The notes under the pieces are model-generated. The model saw only the letters and a program-made list of their open reading frames with translations. It was not told the origin of the DNA and searched no databases. Shown one piece after another: positions 49,836-59,450 of a DNA stretch of 64,000 bases. Both the position numbers and the translations under genes were made by a program. Within the stretch, counting starts at the first letter, position 1, and each line of letters opens with the position of its first letter. The DNA comes from Chloroflexota bacterium (GTDB lineage: Bacteria > Chloroflexota > Dehalococcoidia > SM23-28-2 > RBG-16-64-32). The stretch lies in the NCBI GenBank assembly GCA_029262695.1, contig JAJCYV010000027.1, positions 811 to 64,810 on the forward strand, written 5' to 3'.

Positions 49836-50948
49836 ATGCGCATCGGAACGATCAAGGAAACCAAGGTTGAGGAGTACCGAGTGGGCCTCTCTGCGGCCGG
49901 AGTCCAGGCTCTGGTTGGGGCTGGGCACGAGGTGCTGGTGGAGCGCGGCGCAGGCGAAGGCTCCGGTTTCACGGACGCCGACTACGAAGCGGCGGGAGCG
50001 CAGGTCCGGGAAGGGCCTGCCGACGTTGCCGCCGGCGTCGACCTGTTGGTCAAGGTGAAGGAGGTCCTGCCGGCGGAGTTCTCGTTACTGCGCCCAGGCT
50101 TGCTCCTGTTCACGTACCTGCACCTGGCGCCTCTACCGGAGCTGACGCGCGAGTTGATGTCGTCTGGCACAAACTCGATCGCTTACGAGCTTGTGCGGCT
50201 GCCGGATAGACGGTTGCCGCTTCTGATCCCGATGAGCCAGGTGGCGGGGCGCATGGCCGGAGAGATCGCCGCGCAGCACCTGAAGAAGCCGGGCCCGGGG
50301 CGCGGGAAGCTCCTCGGCGGGATCCAGGGCACGACTCCAGCGCGGGCTCTGGTCGTTGGCAGCGGCAACGTCGGAGCGGCGGCCAGTGACGTCCTGACGG
50401 CGCTCGGCGCGACCGTGACGGTGACCTCGCGTGATGCGGCGAGGCTGGCGCGATTCGAGGAACGGCTCGAGGGAAGGGTCACCACGCGCGTTACGAGCCC
50501 GGATTCGATTCGAGAGGAGCTTGAGGGCGCCGATATCCTCATCGGCGCTGTGCTGGAGCCGGGCGGGCTCACCCCAGAGCTGATAAGCCGCGAGATGGTG
50601 CGGTCGATGGGCCCCGGCGCCGTGATCGTCGACGTCTGCATCGACCAGGGCGGCATCTGCGAGACGTCGCGGGCGACGACGCACACCGAGCCCGTGTACG
50701 TCGAGGAGGGCGTCGTCCACTACTGCGTACCGAACATGCCCGGCGCGGTGCCCCGGACATCGACGGAGGCGCTTACGGGCGCGACGCTGCCCTACGTGCT
50801 CAAGCTGGCGGAAGGCGGCCTCGAAGCGCTCAGGCGAGACGAGGCGCTCGCGGCGGGCGCGAGCACGATCGACGGCAAGCTCGTGTGTGAGGCCGTGGCG
50901 ATGGCGCAGGGGGTGGCATACACGCCGCTGGCCGAAGCGCTCCCGTAG
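49836..50948 (+). CDS. ald: alanine dehydrogenase
   Basis: 370 aa. The AlaDH/PNT N-terminus is MRIGTIKETKVEEYRVGLSAAGVQALVGAGHEVLVE. The NAD Rossmann motif is LVVGSGNVGAAA. Confidence 0.9.
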   Translation: MRIGTIKETKVEEYRVGLSAAGVQALVGAGHEVLVERGAGEGSGFTDADYEAAGAQVREGPADVAAGVDLLVKVKEVLPAEFSLLRPGLLLFTYLHLAPLPELTRELMSSGTNSIAYELVRLPDRRLPLLIPMSQVAGRMAGEIAAQHLKKPGPGRGKLLGGIQGTTPARALVVGSGNVGAAASDVLTALGATVTVTSRDAARLARFEERLEGRVTTRVTSPDSIREELEGADILIGAVLEPGGLTPELISREMVRSMGPGAVIVDVCIDQGGICETSRATTHTEPVYVEEGVVHYCVPNMPGAVPRTSTEALTGATLPYVLKLAEGGLEALRRDEALAAGASTIDGKLVCEAVAMAQGVAYTPLAEALP

Positions 50949-50986
50949 GGGGACCCGACGGCCGATCGTGCTACAATTCACGAACG

Positions 50987-51847
50987 ATGCCGGCCCTCCT
51001 GATTGCCGCTCCGACGCCCCTTTCCGGCAAGACCACCGTAGCCGTCGCCTGTGCCCGTGCGCTGGCGAAGAGCGGCACGAGCGTGTCCCTTGAGCGAGCC
51101 GGTGACGACGCTAACGCAGCCGCAGACCGTCGAGTGTTCGGTTCGATCGGATCGGGGTCTGGCGACGCGAGGATTATCGAAGTCCCGGCCGGCGACCCGT
51201 CGGCGGCGCTCAAGGAGCACGAAGGAGCGCGCGTCCTCATCGTGGCGACGCCGGAGACGGCGGCTGAGGCGACCGCAATCGCGAAGTCGGTGGGTGACGC
51301 GCTCGCCGGCGCTGTGCTCAACCGCGCACGCCCCTCCGACGGCGAGGGCGGTGCCGACTACGCGGGTATCGCGCCGCTGGCCGTGATCCTCGAGGACGAG
51401 CGGCTGGCAGCACCGGGCCTTGACGCGGTCGTGGAGGTCTTGAAGGCGGAGGCCGAGAACGTTGCCGAGAACGCACCTCACTCGCTGGGCCGGCTGGTCA
51501 TCGCCTCGATCGCTGCCGATCCCGGACAGACTTACTTCGACCGGACGCGGGCCGAGTCAGTGATCGTGCGCAGCGACAAGCCAGACCTTCAGCTGGCGGC
51601 TATCAACGCTGGTGCGCGATGCTTGATTGTGACGGGCGGTTTGCCCGTCCTCTCATACGTCCGAGACCGTGTGGCGGAGGACGAGACACCGTTTCTGAGC
51701 ACGGGGCTCGATACGAAGGGAGCTGTTGAGGCCGTCGAGGCGCTCTACGGCGCTACGGCCTTCACAGCCGATGCGGAGGGGCTCAGCCGTCTGGACGAGC
51801 TGTTCGCCGGCGCCGACGTGGGATCGCTCTTCGCGAGTGCGGCCTAG
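50987..51847 (+). CDS. DRTGG / BioD-like domain protein (phosphotransacetylase N-terminal-domain-like)
   Basis: 286 aa. The N-terminal P-loop-like pattern is …LLIAAPTPLSGKTTVAVACARAL…. The C-terminal DRTGG-type segment is …VIVRSDKPDLQLAAINAGARCLIVTGG…. No Pta catalytic domain is present. Confidence 0.5.
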   Translation: MPALLIAAPTPLSGKTTVAVACARALAKSGTSVSLERAGDDANAAADRRVFGSIGSGSGDARIIEVPAGDPSAALKEHEGARVLIVATPETAAEATAIAKSVGDALAGAVLNRARPSDGEGGADYAGIAPLAVILEDERLAAPGLDAVVEVLKAEAENVAENAPHSLGRLVIASIAADPGQTYFDRTRAESVIVRSDKPDLQLAAINAGARCLIVTGGLPVLSYVRDRVAEDETPFLSTGLDTKGAVEAVEALYGATAFTADAEGLSRLDELFAGADVGSLFASAA

Positions 51848-52416
51848 ACGCCTTCGCGGCCGCCGGCCTGATCGTACTCGTCGTCAGCGGTAGCGGCGTC
51901 TGAAACAGTTTCCCGCTCTTGCGTTAGCGTTGTCGTGGCCGGGGCAGCGGCCGGCACGGGCTGCGGGTCCGGCGCCGTTTCCTGAATGCCGCGGCGCTCG
52001 GTGGCGCAGTAAGGGCAGGCGATCCAGTTGAAGCTGAGGAGATGCTCGCACTTCACGCAGACGTCCTTGAGCTGCGTGGAGCAGTAGGGGCAGATGCGCC
52101 AGCCCTGCTCAACGAAGCGACGGCACGACGGGCACATTCCCTCGTCGCCGATCTCACGCAGGAGCGCTTCCTCTTCGAGAGACCGGGCGTAGGCCTCCTC
52201 CAGAGACTCGCGCGGACGGAGCATCAGGTAGAGCGCCAGGCCGGGGATGTTGAAGCCGGGGAAGAACATGATCCCGACGAAGATCGCCAGCACCTGGAGG
52301 CCGAGATCGCGCGTGCGTTCGCGGACGTCGCGGTAGACCCAGACGATGATGCTGAGCCAGAGCAAAAACGCCCAGACGCCGCCGATCAGACCTGCCAGAA
52401 TTCCGATATCTTCCAT
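51844..52416 (-). CDS. membrane protein with cytoplasmic double zinc-ribbon
   Basis: 190 aa. Two N-terminal TM helices, followed by CPSCRRFVEQGWRICPYC … CVKCEHLLSFNWIACPYC (two CxxC…CPYC ribbons). Confidence 0.5.
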   Translation of the reverse strand: MEDIGILAGLIGGVWAFLLWLSIIVWVYRDVRERTRDLGLQVLAIFVGIMFFPGFNIPGLALYLMLRPRESLEEAYARSLEEEALLREIGDEGMCPSCRRFVEQGWRICPYCSTQLKDVCVKCEHLLSFNWIACPYCATERRGIQETAPDPQPVPAAAPATTTLTQERETVSDAATADDEYDQAGGREGV

Positions 52417-52532
52417 CAGTTCAGATTCTCTCCTGGTCCGCGCTTTCGGACATTGTAGCGTTAGCTTTGCCTCACTATAACGTTCCGGAGGCGTTCTGGC
52501 TGCGGGCTCTGCCTGCGGATAGACTGGCAGAT

Positions 52533-53750
52533 ATGGCGCGAAAACGACGTATCAAGCGACTTGAGCCGCCGATCCGTGCTGAGTTGACGCTTGGTGCGCT
52601 CACACTGGACGGCTCTGCCCGTGCCGAGTACGAAGGCCGCACTGTTTTTGTGGATTACGGCATGCCAGGAGAGCGCGTCGTGGCTGAGATCGACGTTGAG
52701 CGTCCGCATGCTCTGTTCGGGCGCGTCGTCGAAGTCCTCGAAGCGGCGCCGGGGCGTGTGGAGGCACCGTGCGAGTACTTTGGCGAATGCGGCGGCTGTC
52801 AGTGGCAGCACGTAGCGTACGAGAGGCAACTCGAGTTCAAGCGAGAGTTGGTGCTGGCGCAGTTGCAGCGAACCGGTGGGTTCGAGGAGCCGCCGGTCTC
52901 CGCGACGGTCGGGGCGGAGAATCCATGGGGCTACCGGAATCATGTGCGCTTCACGGCGAAGCCGCGGGGGGAGATCGGCTTTGTCCAGCGCGGGACTCAT
53001 CGCTTTCTGCGGGTAGACCGTTGCCTGATCGCCGACGGCTGGGTCAACGACGCGATCCCGCAGGTGCAGGGCAGGGCCGGCGGCCTGCACCAGGTTGCGA
53101 TCCGCCGCGGCGTGAAGACGGGCGAACTACTCGTGCACCCGAACCTTGACCACCTGGGGACGTCTATCCCGTCGGGCCAGAAGTACTACCACGAGGAGCT
53201 GCTGGGCCATCGCTTCCGCATCTCCGGGGCGTCGTTTTTCCAGACGAACACGCCGCAGGCGGAGCGGCTCATCTGCCTCGTGCGGGACAAGCTGCAACTG
53301 CGGCCGCGGGAGACGCTGGCCGACGCTTACGCCGGTGTGGGCACGTTTGCGGTCGTGCTGGCGGAGCAGGTCAAGCGCGTGATTGCGATTGAGGAGTCGT
53401 CCGCCGCCGTCGACGACGCGATGGTGAATGTCGAGGGCTCGCCGAACGTGCAGTACTACATGGGCAAGGTCGAGGACGTCCTCAGCGGCATTGATGAGGA
53501 GATGGACGCGCTGATTCTCGACCCACCGCGCGTCGGTGTCCACGAAGGAGCGATCGAGGCTGTGCTGCGCAGGGCGCCAGGCCGCATCGCGTACGTGTCG
53601 TGCGATCCGTCGACTCTGGCGCGAGACCTGCGGCTGCTGGTGGACGGCCTGGCGGACGGCGCGCGCTACGATCTCGTGGACGTGACTCCCGTCGATATGT
53701 TCCCGCAGACGCACCACATCGAGTGCGTCGCCAGTCTGCGGCGCGCCTGA
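52533..53750 (+). CDS. rlmD: 23S rRNA (uracil-C5)-methyltransferase, RumA/RlmD type (TRAM domain, Fe-S cluster and SAM-MTase)
   Basis: The preferred start is ATG 52533 (MARKRRIKR…); the ORF track starts at 52467. The Fe-S Cys cluster is CEYFGECGGCQWQH. SAM-binding and catalytic Cys residues are present (…LDAYAGVGTFA…, …VSCDPSTLARD…). Confidence 0.8.
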   Translation: MARKRRIKRLEPPIRAELTLGALTLDGSARAEYEGRTVFVDYGMPGERVVAEIDVERPHALFGRVVEVLEAAPGRVEAPCEYFGECGGCQWQHVAYERQLEFKRELVLAQLQRTGGFEEPPVSATVGAENPWGYRNHVRFTAKPRGEIGFVQRGTHRFLRVDRCLIADGWVNDAIPQVQGRAGGLHQVAIRRGVKTGELLVHPNLDHLGTSIPSGQKYYHEELLGHRFRISGASFFQTNTPQAERLICLVRDKLQLRPRETLADAYAGVGTFAVVLAEQVKRVIAIEESSAAVDDAMVNVEGSPNVQYYMGKVEDVLSGIDEEMDALILDPPRVGVHEGAIEAVLRRAPGRIAYVSCDPSTLARDLRLLVDGLADGARYDLVDVTPVDMFPQTHHIECVASLRRA

Positions 53751-53751
53751 C

Positions 53752-54381
53752 GTGGCGCGGCTGGTCCTGGCGTCGGCCTCGCCCCGGCGAAAGGAGTTGC
53801 TGGCGCGGCTGGGCGTTCGCTTTGACGTGCGGCCGGTGGAGATCGCCGAAGACGCGGGGCCGTCGAAGGACCCGCAGATCGTCGCGCGGCGGCTGGCGTG
53901 CGCCAAGGCGGAGGCTGCGCGGCTGACGGACGAGCACGCGCCGATCCTGGCGGGCGACACGGTCGTCGCGCTTGGCGGGCGCATCTTTGGCAAGCCGGCG
54001 AATGGCGCCGAGGCGCGCGAGATGCTGCGGACGCTGCGTGGACGCACGCACGATGTGGTGACAGCGGTGGCGGTGGTGCCGCTGGGCCGGCGGTCGGTTA
54101 TCGTGCGGCATCCGCTGACGGCTGTGACGATGCGCGAGTACAGCGACGCCGAGATCGAAGCGTCGATTGCGCGGGGAGACCCTCTGGATAAGGCGGGGGC
54201 GTACGGCATCCAGGACGAGCTGCTGCACCCGGCCGAGCGCTATGAGGGTTGCTACTGCAGCGTGATCGGCCTCTCCCTCTGGGCGACGATTGAGGCGTTG
54301 CGCAAGGCTGGTGAGGAAGTCGACGTTGAGTCCGTCGACTTTCTTCCACAGTGTGCGGCCTGTCCGCTGGCGCGCCCCTGA
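53752..54381 (+). CDS. maf: Maf-like nucleoside-triphosphate pyrophosphatase
   Basis: 209 aa with a GTG start. The Maf signature N-terminus is LVLASASPRRKELLARLGV…. The regions …ILAGDTVVALGGRIFGKP… and …AGAYGIQD… are present. Confidence 0.85.
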   Translation: MARLVLASASPRRKELLARLGVRFDVRPVEIAEDAGPSKDPQIVARRLACAKAEAARLTDEHAPILAGDTVVALGGRIFGKPANGAEAREMLRTLRGRTHDVVTAVAVVPLGRRSVIVRHPLTAVTMREYSDAEIEASIARGDPLDKAGAYGIQDELLHPAERYEGCYCSVIGLSLWATIEALRKAGEEVDVESVDFLPQCAACPLARP

Positions 54382-54536
54382 CGCGCGTGTTTACCGCTTC
54401 TTAACCATAGTTAACGTTCGGTCAACTGACCCTCCTGGCTGCTCTGCCTACGATTGATTCACACAAGAGGTCATGCGGCACTGCCGAAGCCGCGCCACAC
54501 GGCACGAATCGTGACGAACCCAGGGAGGGGAACGAA

Positions 54537-55742
54537 ATGGCGAAGAGCCAAAGGATTTCCGAAGACCACGAACGAGGACAGGCGATCGTTCTGTTCTCAC
54601 TGCTCATTGGGGTGATCGGCCTCTTCGTGATGTTGGTTGTCGATGTCGGCTTTCTTCTGGTTGAGAAGCGCGTTGTCCAGAACGCCGTTGACGCGGCGGC
54701 GCTTGCCGGAGCGCAGGAGCTTCCGGACGATGCTGGGCAGGCCGAGCTGGTCGCGCTCAACTACGCCGAGGCCAACGGACTTGACCCCGCTGACCTGACG
54801 GTTACCTTCGAGTGCACGAACGCGCTGCCGCAGGTCTGCAACACGGCAGCGGGAAAGTACGACACGATCACTATTGAAGGCTCGAGTAAGGCGCCTGCGT
54901 TCTTCGGTGGCCTCCTGAACCTCTTTGGGAATGCCGGCTGCTGGGCCGATGGTTGCGAGGTTAGCGCGCTGGCGGCTGCCTGCAGCGGCGCCTGTGGCGC
55001 TGCTGCCGGACAGATTGACGCCGTCGCCGTGATTGACCACACGGGCAGCATGTCGGTGAGCGACCTTCAGAACGCCAAGGACGGAGCGCTTCACCTGTAC
55101 GAGCTGTTCAGTAGTCAGGTCCACCAGGTCGGCCTGGCGGTTACGCCGCCCGTCCACCCGTCGGACTTCTGCGACACGATCGAGGACTGGAGCGATCCGC
55201 AGACGTGGCTCCCGGTTGGACTCTCTTCCGACTACCAGGGCACGCCGGGTGTGCTGAACCCGTTCTCAGCGCTCGTCTCGACGACGAGCTGCCTTGACCG
55301 TGCGTCTGGTAGCGGCGATGTCCGGGGCCCGCACACGGATTTGGGCGGGCCGATGAAGGCTGCGACGGACGAGTTGGTGAACAACGGCAGGGCCAGTGCG
55401 AAGAAGGGCATCGTCTTCCTTTCGGACGGCGCAGCGAACATTATCAATCCGGCGACGGCGGCCGCGGTGGGCGCGACGGGCCCCTGTGATTACGCGATGA
55501 AGATGGCGTCTGAGGCCAAGGCACAAGGTATTGAGATATACACGATCGCCTATGGAGCGGACGACACTTGCGACCGCGATACGCCCGGCACTACGTGGTA
55601 CGACAGGGATGCCGTCGATCTGCTGAGCGCGATGGCCACGGACGTCGACCACTATTACTACGAGCCGAGGTCGTCTGACCTCGATCCGGTCTTCGAGGCG
55701 ATCGGTCTCCAGCTCGGGGGCCAGCCGAAGCTGATCAAATAA
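54537..55742 (+). CDS. TadE/TadG-like (Flp-pilus-assembly type) protein with C-terminal vWA domain
   Basis: 401 aa. The TadE-like N-terminal TM segment is ERGQAIVLFSLLIGVIGLFVMLVVDVGFLLVEKRVVQNAVDAAALAGAQEL. The vWA MIDAS-like motif is VIDHTGSMS. An AT-rich promoter region and a GGGAGGGG RBS are upstream. No other tad genes are nearby. Confidence 0.65.
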   Translation: MAKSQRISEDHERGQAIVLFSLLIGVIGLFVMLVVDVGFLLVEKRVVQNAVDAAALAGAQELPDDAGQAELVALNYAEANGLDPADLTVTFECTNALPQVCNTAAGKYDTITIEGSSKAPAFFGGLLNLFGNAGCWADGCEVSALAAACSGACGAAAGQIDAVAVIDHTGSMSVSDLQNAKDGALHLYELFSSQVHQVGLAVTPPVHPSDFCDTIEDWSDPQTWLPVGLSSDYQGTPGVLNPFSALVSTTSCLDRASGSGDVRGPHTDLGGPMKAATDELVNNGRASAKKGIVFLSDGAANIINPATAAAVGATGPCDYAMKMASEAKAQGIEIYTIAYGADDTCDRDTPGTTWYDRDAVDLLSAMATDVDHYYYEPRSSDLDPVFEAIGLQLGGQPKLIK

Positions 55743-55824
55743 GCACAACAACGGGGTGCGCTGAGACCCGACGCCCGCCTGCCATTCGCAGGCGGGCGCG
55801 CTTTTGTGGGTATAATTCCAAGCC

Positions 55825-56679
55825 ATGACGTTGGAGATTGTCCCGGCAACGCTGGCGGATGCGGAGAAGCTCGGCGACATCTGCTATCGCGCGTTCGACG
55901 ACGTCTCGCGCCGCCACGGCTTCGAGAGCGACTTCGAATCGCCGGCAATCGGGCTAATGGCGGTGGCGAGTTCCATTCGCAGCGAAGACAGTTACTCCGT
56001 CGCGGCGCTGGACGAAAGTGTCCTCGCCGGCTCGAACTTCATCAGGACGCCGGACGACGTAGGCGGGATCGGTCCGATCTCAATCGACCCGGACCGTCAG
56101 GGGCGTGGGATCGGCCGGGCGCTCATGGAAGACGTGCTTCGCCACGCGCGCGAGAACGGTATCGAGCGCGTCAGGCTGATGCAAGATGCGTTCAACATGG
56201 GGTCGTTGTCGCTGTACGCGTCGCTGGGCTTCGAGACGAGGGCGGCCGCAGCGCTGCTCGTGCCGCCGCCTGTAGACGTGCCCGAGGTGCGTCCGGCCAC
56301 GCCAGACGACATGGACGCTGTGGAACGCCTATCGACCGAGATCTACGGCGTGAACAGGCGGCGGGAGGTCGAAGAGCTGGCCGCCAGTCCGTTCCAGGCC
56401 TTCGTCTACGAGAAGGAGGGACGCGTGGCCGCATACTTCATCCCCGGTATACCGGGTCACGGTGTCGGTGAGACGGAAGAGGCGCTCGCCCTGGCGGTGC
56501 TGGGCGCGATGAAGCACGTCGCGCCGCCCTTCGCGCGGGCGTTTTGCCCGCTGGCGGAGGGCGACCTGCTCCGCCGCTTCCTGGAGGCCGGCTGCAAAGT
56601 GCGCAAAGTGATGAACCTGATGACGCTGGGGCACTACGAAGAGCCACAGGGCCCGTGGATGCCTTCGGTGGGCTTCTGA
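55825..56679 (+). CDS. GNAT-family N-acetyltransferase
   Basis: 284 aa. The acetyl-CoA-binding motif is …QGRGIGRALMEDVLRHARENGIERVRLMQ… (Q/RxxGxG/A). A second degenerate GNAT half follows. Confidence 0.7.
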   Translation: MTLEIVPATLADAEKLGDICYRAFDDVSRRHGFESDFESPAIGLMAVASSIRSEDSYSVAALDESVLAGSNFIRTPDDVGGIGPISIDPDRQGRGIGRALMEDVLRHARENGIERVRLMQDAFNMGSLSLYASLGFETRAAAALLVPPPVDVPEVRPATPDDMDAVERLSTEIYGVNRRREVEELAASPFQAFVYEKEGRVAAYFIPGIPGHGVGETEEALALAVLGAMKHVAPPFARAFCPLAEGDLLRRFLEAGCKVRKVMNLMTLGHYEEPQGPWMPSVGF

Positions 56680-56749
56680 AGGTAGTCTCCTGGCCGGGCC
56701 GTGACGGCGTATCGCGGGGCAGGCGGACGCTTGTATCATTCGTGATGGA

Positions 56750-58978
56750 ATGTCCGCCCCGACGAAGAAATCGATCCTGGAGAAGCTGAACCCACGCCAG
56801 CAAGAGGCCGTAGAGCACACTGAGGGCCCGCTGCTGATCCTGGCGGGGCCCGGCTCCGGTAAGACGCGCGTAATCGCGCACCGCATCGCCTACCTCGTGC
56901 GCGAGAGGCGGGTGCACCCGCGGCGGATTCTGGCGGTAACGTTCACGAACAAGGCGGCGCGAGAGATGCGTGACCGCGTCCACGCGCTTGTGGGCGAGGA
57001 GGCGGGGCGTGACATAACGCTCGGCACCTTTCACGGCGTCTGCGCGCGCATCCTCCGTGTCGACGGCGAGGCGATTGGTGTTGAGCGCTCGTTCACGATC
57101 TACGACAGCACGGACCAGATCGCGGCCGTGAAGCGCGCGCTTAACGACATGGGCCTGGACTCCAAACGGGTGGCGCCGCGTGCTGTGTTGTCGGCGATCT
57201 CGAGGGCGAAGAGCGAGCTGCAGGGACCGCGCCAGTTCGCGGCACTCGTGGCTGACTACTTCCAGGAGGTGACGTCGCGCGTCTACCTGCGCTACCAGGA
57301 GCTGCTTGAGGAGAGCAACGCGCTGGACTTCGACGATATCCTGCTGAAGGTGGTGCAGCTGTACCAGGAGCATGAGGACGTGCTGGAGAAGTACGCGGAG
57401 CGCTGGGGCTACGTGCACATAGACGAGTTCCAGGACACGAACATCGCGCAGTACATCCTCGCCAGGCAGTGGGCCTCCGTGCACGGTAACATCTGTGTCG
57501 TCGGCGACCCCGACCAGTCGATCTACACCTGGCGCGCGGCCGATATCCGCAACATCCTGAACTTCGAGAGCGACTTTCCGGACGCGAAAGTCGTGATCCT
57601 CGACCAGAACTATCGCTCGACGCAGACGATCCTCGACACGGCGCACTCGGTAATCGCGCTCAACAAGCAGCGCAAGGAGAAGAACCTCTGGACGGAGAAC
57701 GCGGCCGGGTCTCCGGTCGTCGTCCACGAAGCCTACGACCACGAGGACGAGGCGAAGTTCGTGACGGAGGAGATACAGCGCCTCGTTCGTGAAGACGAGG
57801 TTGCGCACCGCGACATCGCCGTCATGTACCGTACGAACGCGCAGTCGCGGCCGATGGAAGAGGCGCTGGTGCGGCGGAGCATTCCTTACCGGCTGATAGG
57901 CGGGACACGATTCTATGAGCGCCGCGAGGTGAAGGACCTGTTGGCCTACCTTCGCCTCATCCAGAACCCGTTCGACGCCGTGGCGATGATGCGCGTGATT
58001 AACAAGCCGTCCCGCGGCATCGGCGACCGGACGCTCGCCGAGCTGTCCCGCTGGTCCCGCGAGAAGGAGATCCCGCCGTACGCGGCGCTTCAGGTCGTCG
58101 CGGAGACGGAGCGGGACACGCCTGACGCCGTGGACGGCCCGGCCAGTGCGCACCCGTTCCGGCAGCGGACGGCTGGTGCGCTGTTGCGGTTCCTGGGCCT
58201 CTTGAACGAGTTGATTGAGCTTTCGAAGACGGAGTCGCTGTCGGCGCTGCTGGACACGGTGATCGACAGGACGGACTACAAGCCGTTCATCATGGCTGAA
58301 GAGGACGGCGAAGACCGCTGGGAGAATGTGCAGGAGCTGCGTGCGGTCGTAATGCAGTATGACGAGCTGAAGGCGGAGCACGCTCTGGCGTCCTTCCTGG
58401 AGGACGTGGCGCTGATCACGGACGTCGACGAGATGGATGCTTCGGACTCCGTCACTCTGATCACGCTGCATGCGGCGAAAGGGTTGGAGTTTCCGATCGT
58501 CTTCATTACCGGGCTGGAGGAGGGGATCCTGCCGCACATGCGGTCGCTGGAGAGTGGGAACCCGGAGCAGCTGGAGGAAGAGCGGCGCCTTTGCTACGTC
58601 GGCATGACGCGTGCCAAGCGGCAACTCTACCTGGCGCGGGCGTTTCGGCGGGCGTTCGGTGGTCATAATCCGCCGTCGCGCTTCCTCGCCGACATTCCGC
58701 CGGACCTGGTGACGCAGAGCAAGCGGGCGGCGCAGGCCGAGATGTTCACACCCCGGCGCTATCGCCACGTCGAGGGTGCGGATGCGGAGCGGCCAGCGAT
58801 TCCCGCGGACTCTTTCGCGGCGGGCGACCGGGTACGTCACCCGAAGTTTGGCGAGGGCATCGTCGTGTCGTCGGAGCCATCGGGGACGGACTACCAGGTG
58901 GTGGTGGCGTTCACGGGCGAGGCGGGCATCAAGAAGCTGCTCCTCAGCTTTGCGCCGCTCGAAAAAGTTGGGGCGTAG
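56750..58978 (+). CDS. pcrA: ATP-dependent DNA helicase PcrA/UvrD
   Basis: 742 aa. Walker A AGPGSGKTRV, motif II DEFQDTN, and the UvrD/Rep motifs throughout. The C-terminal Tudor-like tail is …RVRHPKFGEGIVV…. Confidence 0.9.
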   Translation: MSAPTKKSILEKLNPRQQEAVEHTEGPLLILAGPGSGKTRVIAHRIAYLVRERRVHPRRILAVTFTNKAAREMRDRVHALVGEEAGRDITLGTFHGVCARILRVDGEAIGVERSFTIYDSTDQIAAVKRALNDMGLDSKRVAPRAVLSAISRAKSELQGPRQFAALVADYFQEVTSRVYLRYQELLEESNALDFDDILLKVVQLYQEHEDVLEKYAERWGYVHIDEFQDTNIAQYILARQWASVHGNICVVGDPDQSIYTWRAADIRNILNFESDFPDAKVVILDQNYRSTQTILDTAHSVIALNKQRKEKNLWTENAAGSPVVVHEAYDHEDEAKFVTEEIQRLVREDEVAHRDIAVMYRTNAQSRPMEEALVRRSIPYRLIGGTRFYERREVKDLLAYLRLIQNPFDAVAMMRVINKPSRGIGDRTLAELSRWSREKEIPPYAALQVVAETERDTPDAVDGPASAHPFRQRTAGALLRFLGLLNELIELSKTESLSALLDTVIDRTDYKPFIMAEEDGEDRWENVQELRAVVMQYDELKAEHALASFLEDVALITDVDEMDASDSVTLITLHAAKGLEFPIVFITGLEEGILPHMRSLESGNPEQLEEERRLCYVGMTRAKRQLYLARAFRRAFGGHNPPSRFLADIPPDLVTQSKRAAQAEMFTPRRYRHVEGADAERPAIPADSFAAGDRVRHPKFGEGIVVSSEPSGTDYQVVVAFTGEAGIKKLLLSFAPLEKVGA

Positions 58979-59397
58979 TGGAGATACGGCGGGCACGGGC
59001 CGCCGACGCTGATGCTGTCTTCGCGATGCTGCAGCGATTCGCGATGAGCTACGAGCCTGACCGCGATGCCTTCGCGCCCTCGTTCGCGGCGATGGTGGAC
59101 TCTCAGGATGTGGCGCTGCTCGTGGCGGACGACGGCGGGACGCTCGGTGGGTACGTGATGGCGGTGGAGTTCGGGACACTCTTCGCCAACGGCCGCGTGG
59201 TGCAGATCGAGGAGCTTTTCGTGGAGGAGGCGAGGCGTAGCGCCGGCAAGGGCCGCGCACTGATCGAAGCGGTCGCCGAGTGGGCACGCACACGCGGTGC
59301 GGTTGAGGTGACGGTGCCGACGCGGCGAGCGGGTGCCTACTACGAGCGTCTGGGCTTCGAACGCACGGCGGAGTACTACCACGTCCGTCTGTCGTAG
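58978..59397 (+). CDS. GNAT-family N-acetyltransferase (small)
   Basis: 139 aa. The CoA-binding motif is …RRSAGKGRALIEAVAEWARTRG…. The start overlaps the pcrA stop. Confidence 0.75.
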   Translation: MEIRRARAADADAVFAMLQRFAMSYEPDRDAFAPSFAAMVDSQDVALLVADDGGTLGGYVMAVEFGTLFANGRVVQIEELFVEEARRSAGKGRALIEAVAEWARTRGAVEVTVPTRRAGAYYERLGFERTAEYYHVRLS

Positions 59398-59450
59398 AAG
59401 GTGACCGCGCGGTCGCTTACAATAGCGGCACAATACATCGGAGGGAATCT

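Noticed and set aside
56438-59293. 951-aa ORF antisense to pcrA
   Set aside because: pcrA on the plus strand carries all the helicase motifs. The antisense ORF is Arg/Leu-rich with no start context.
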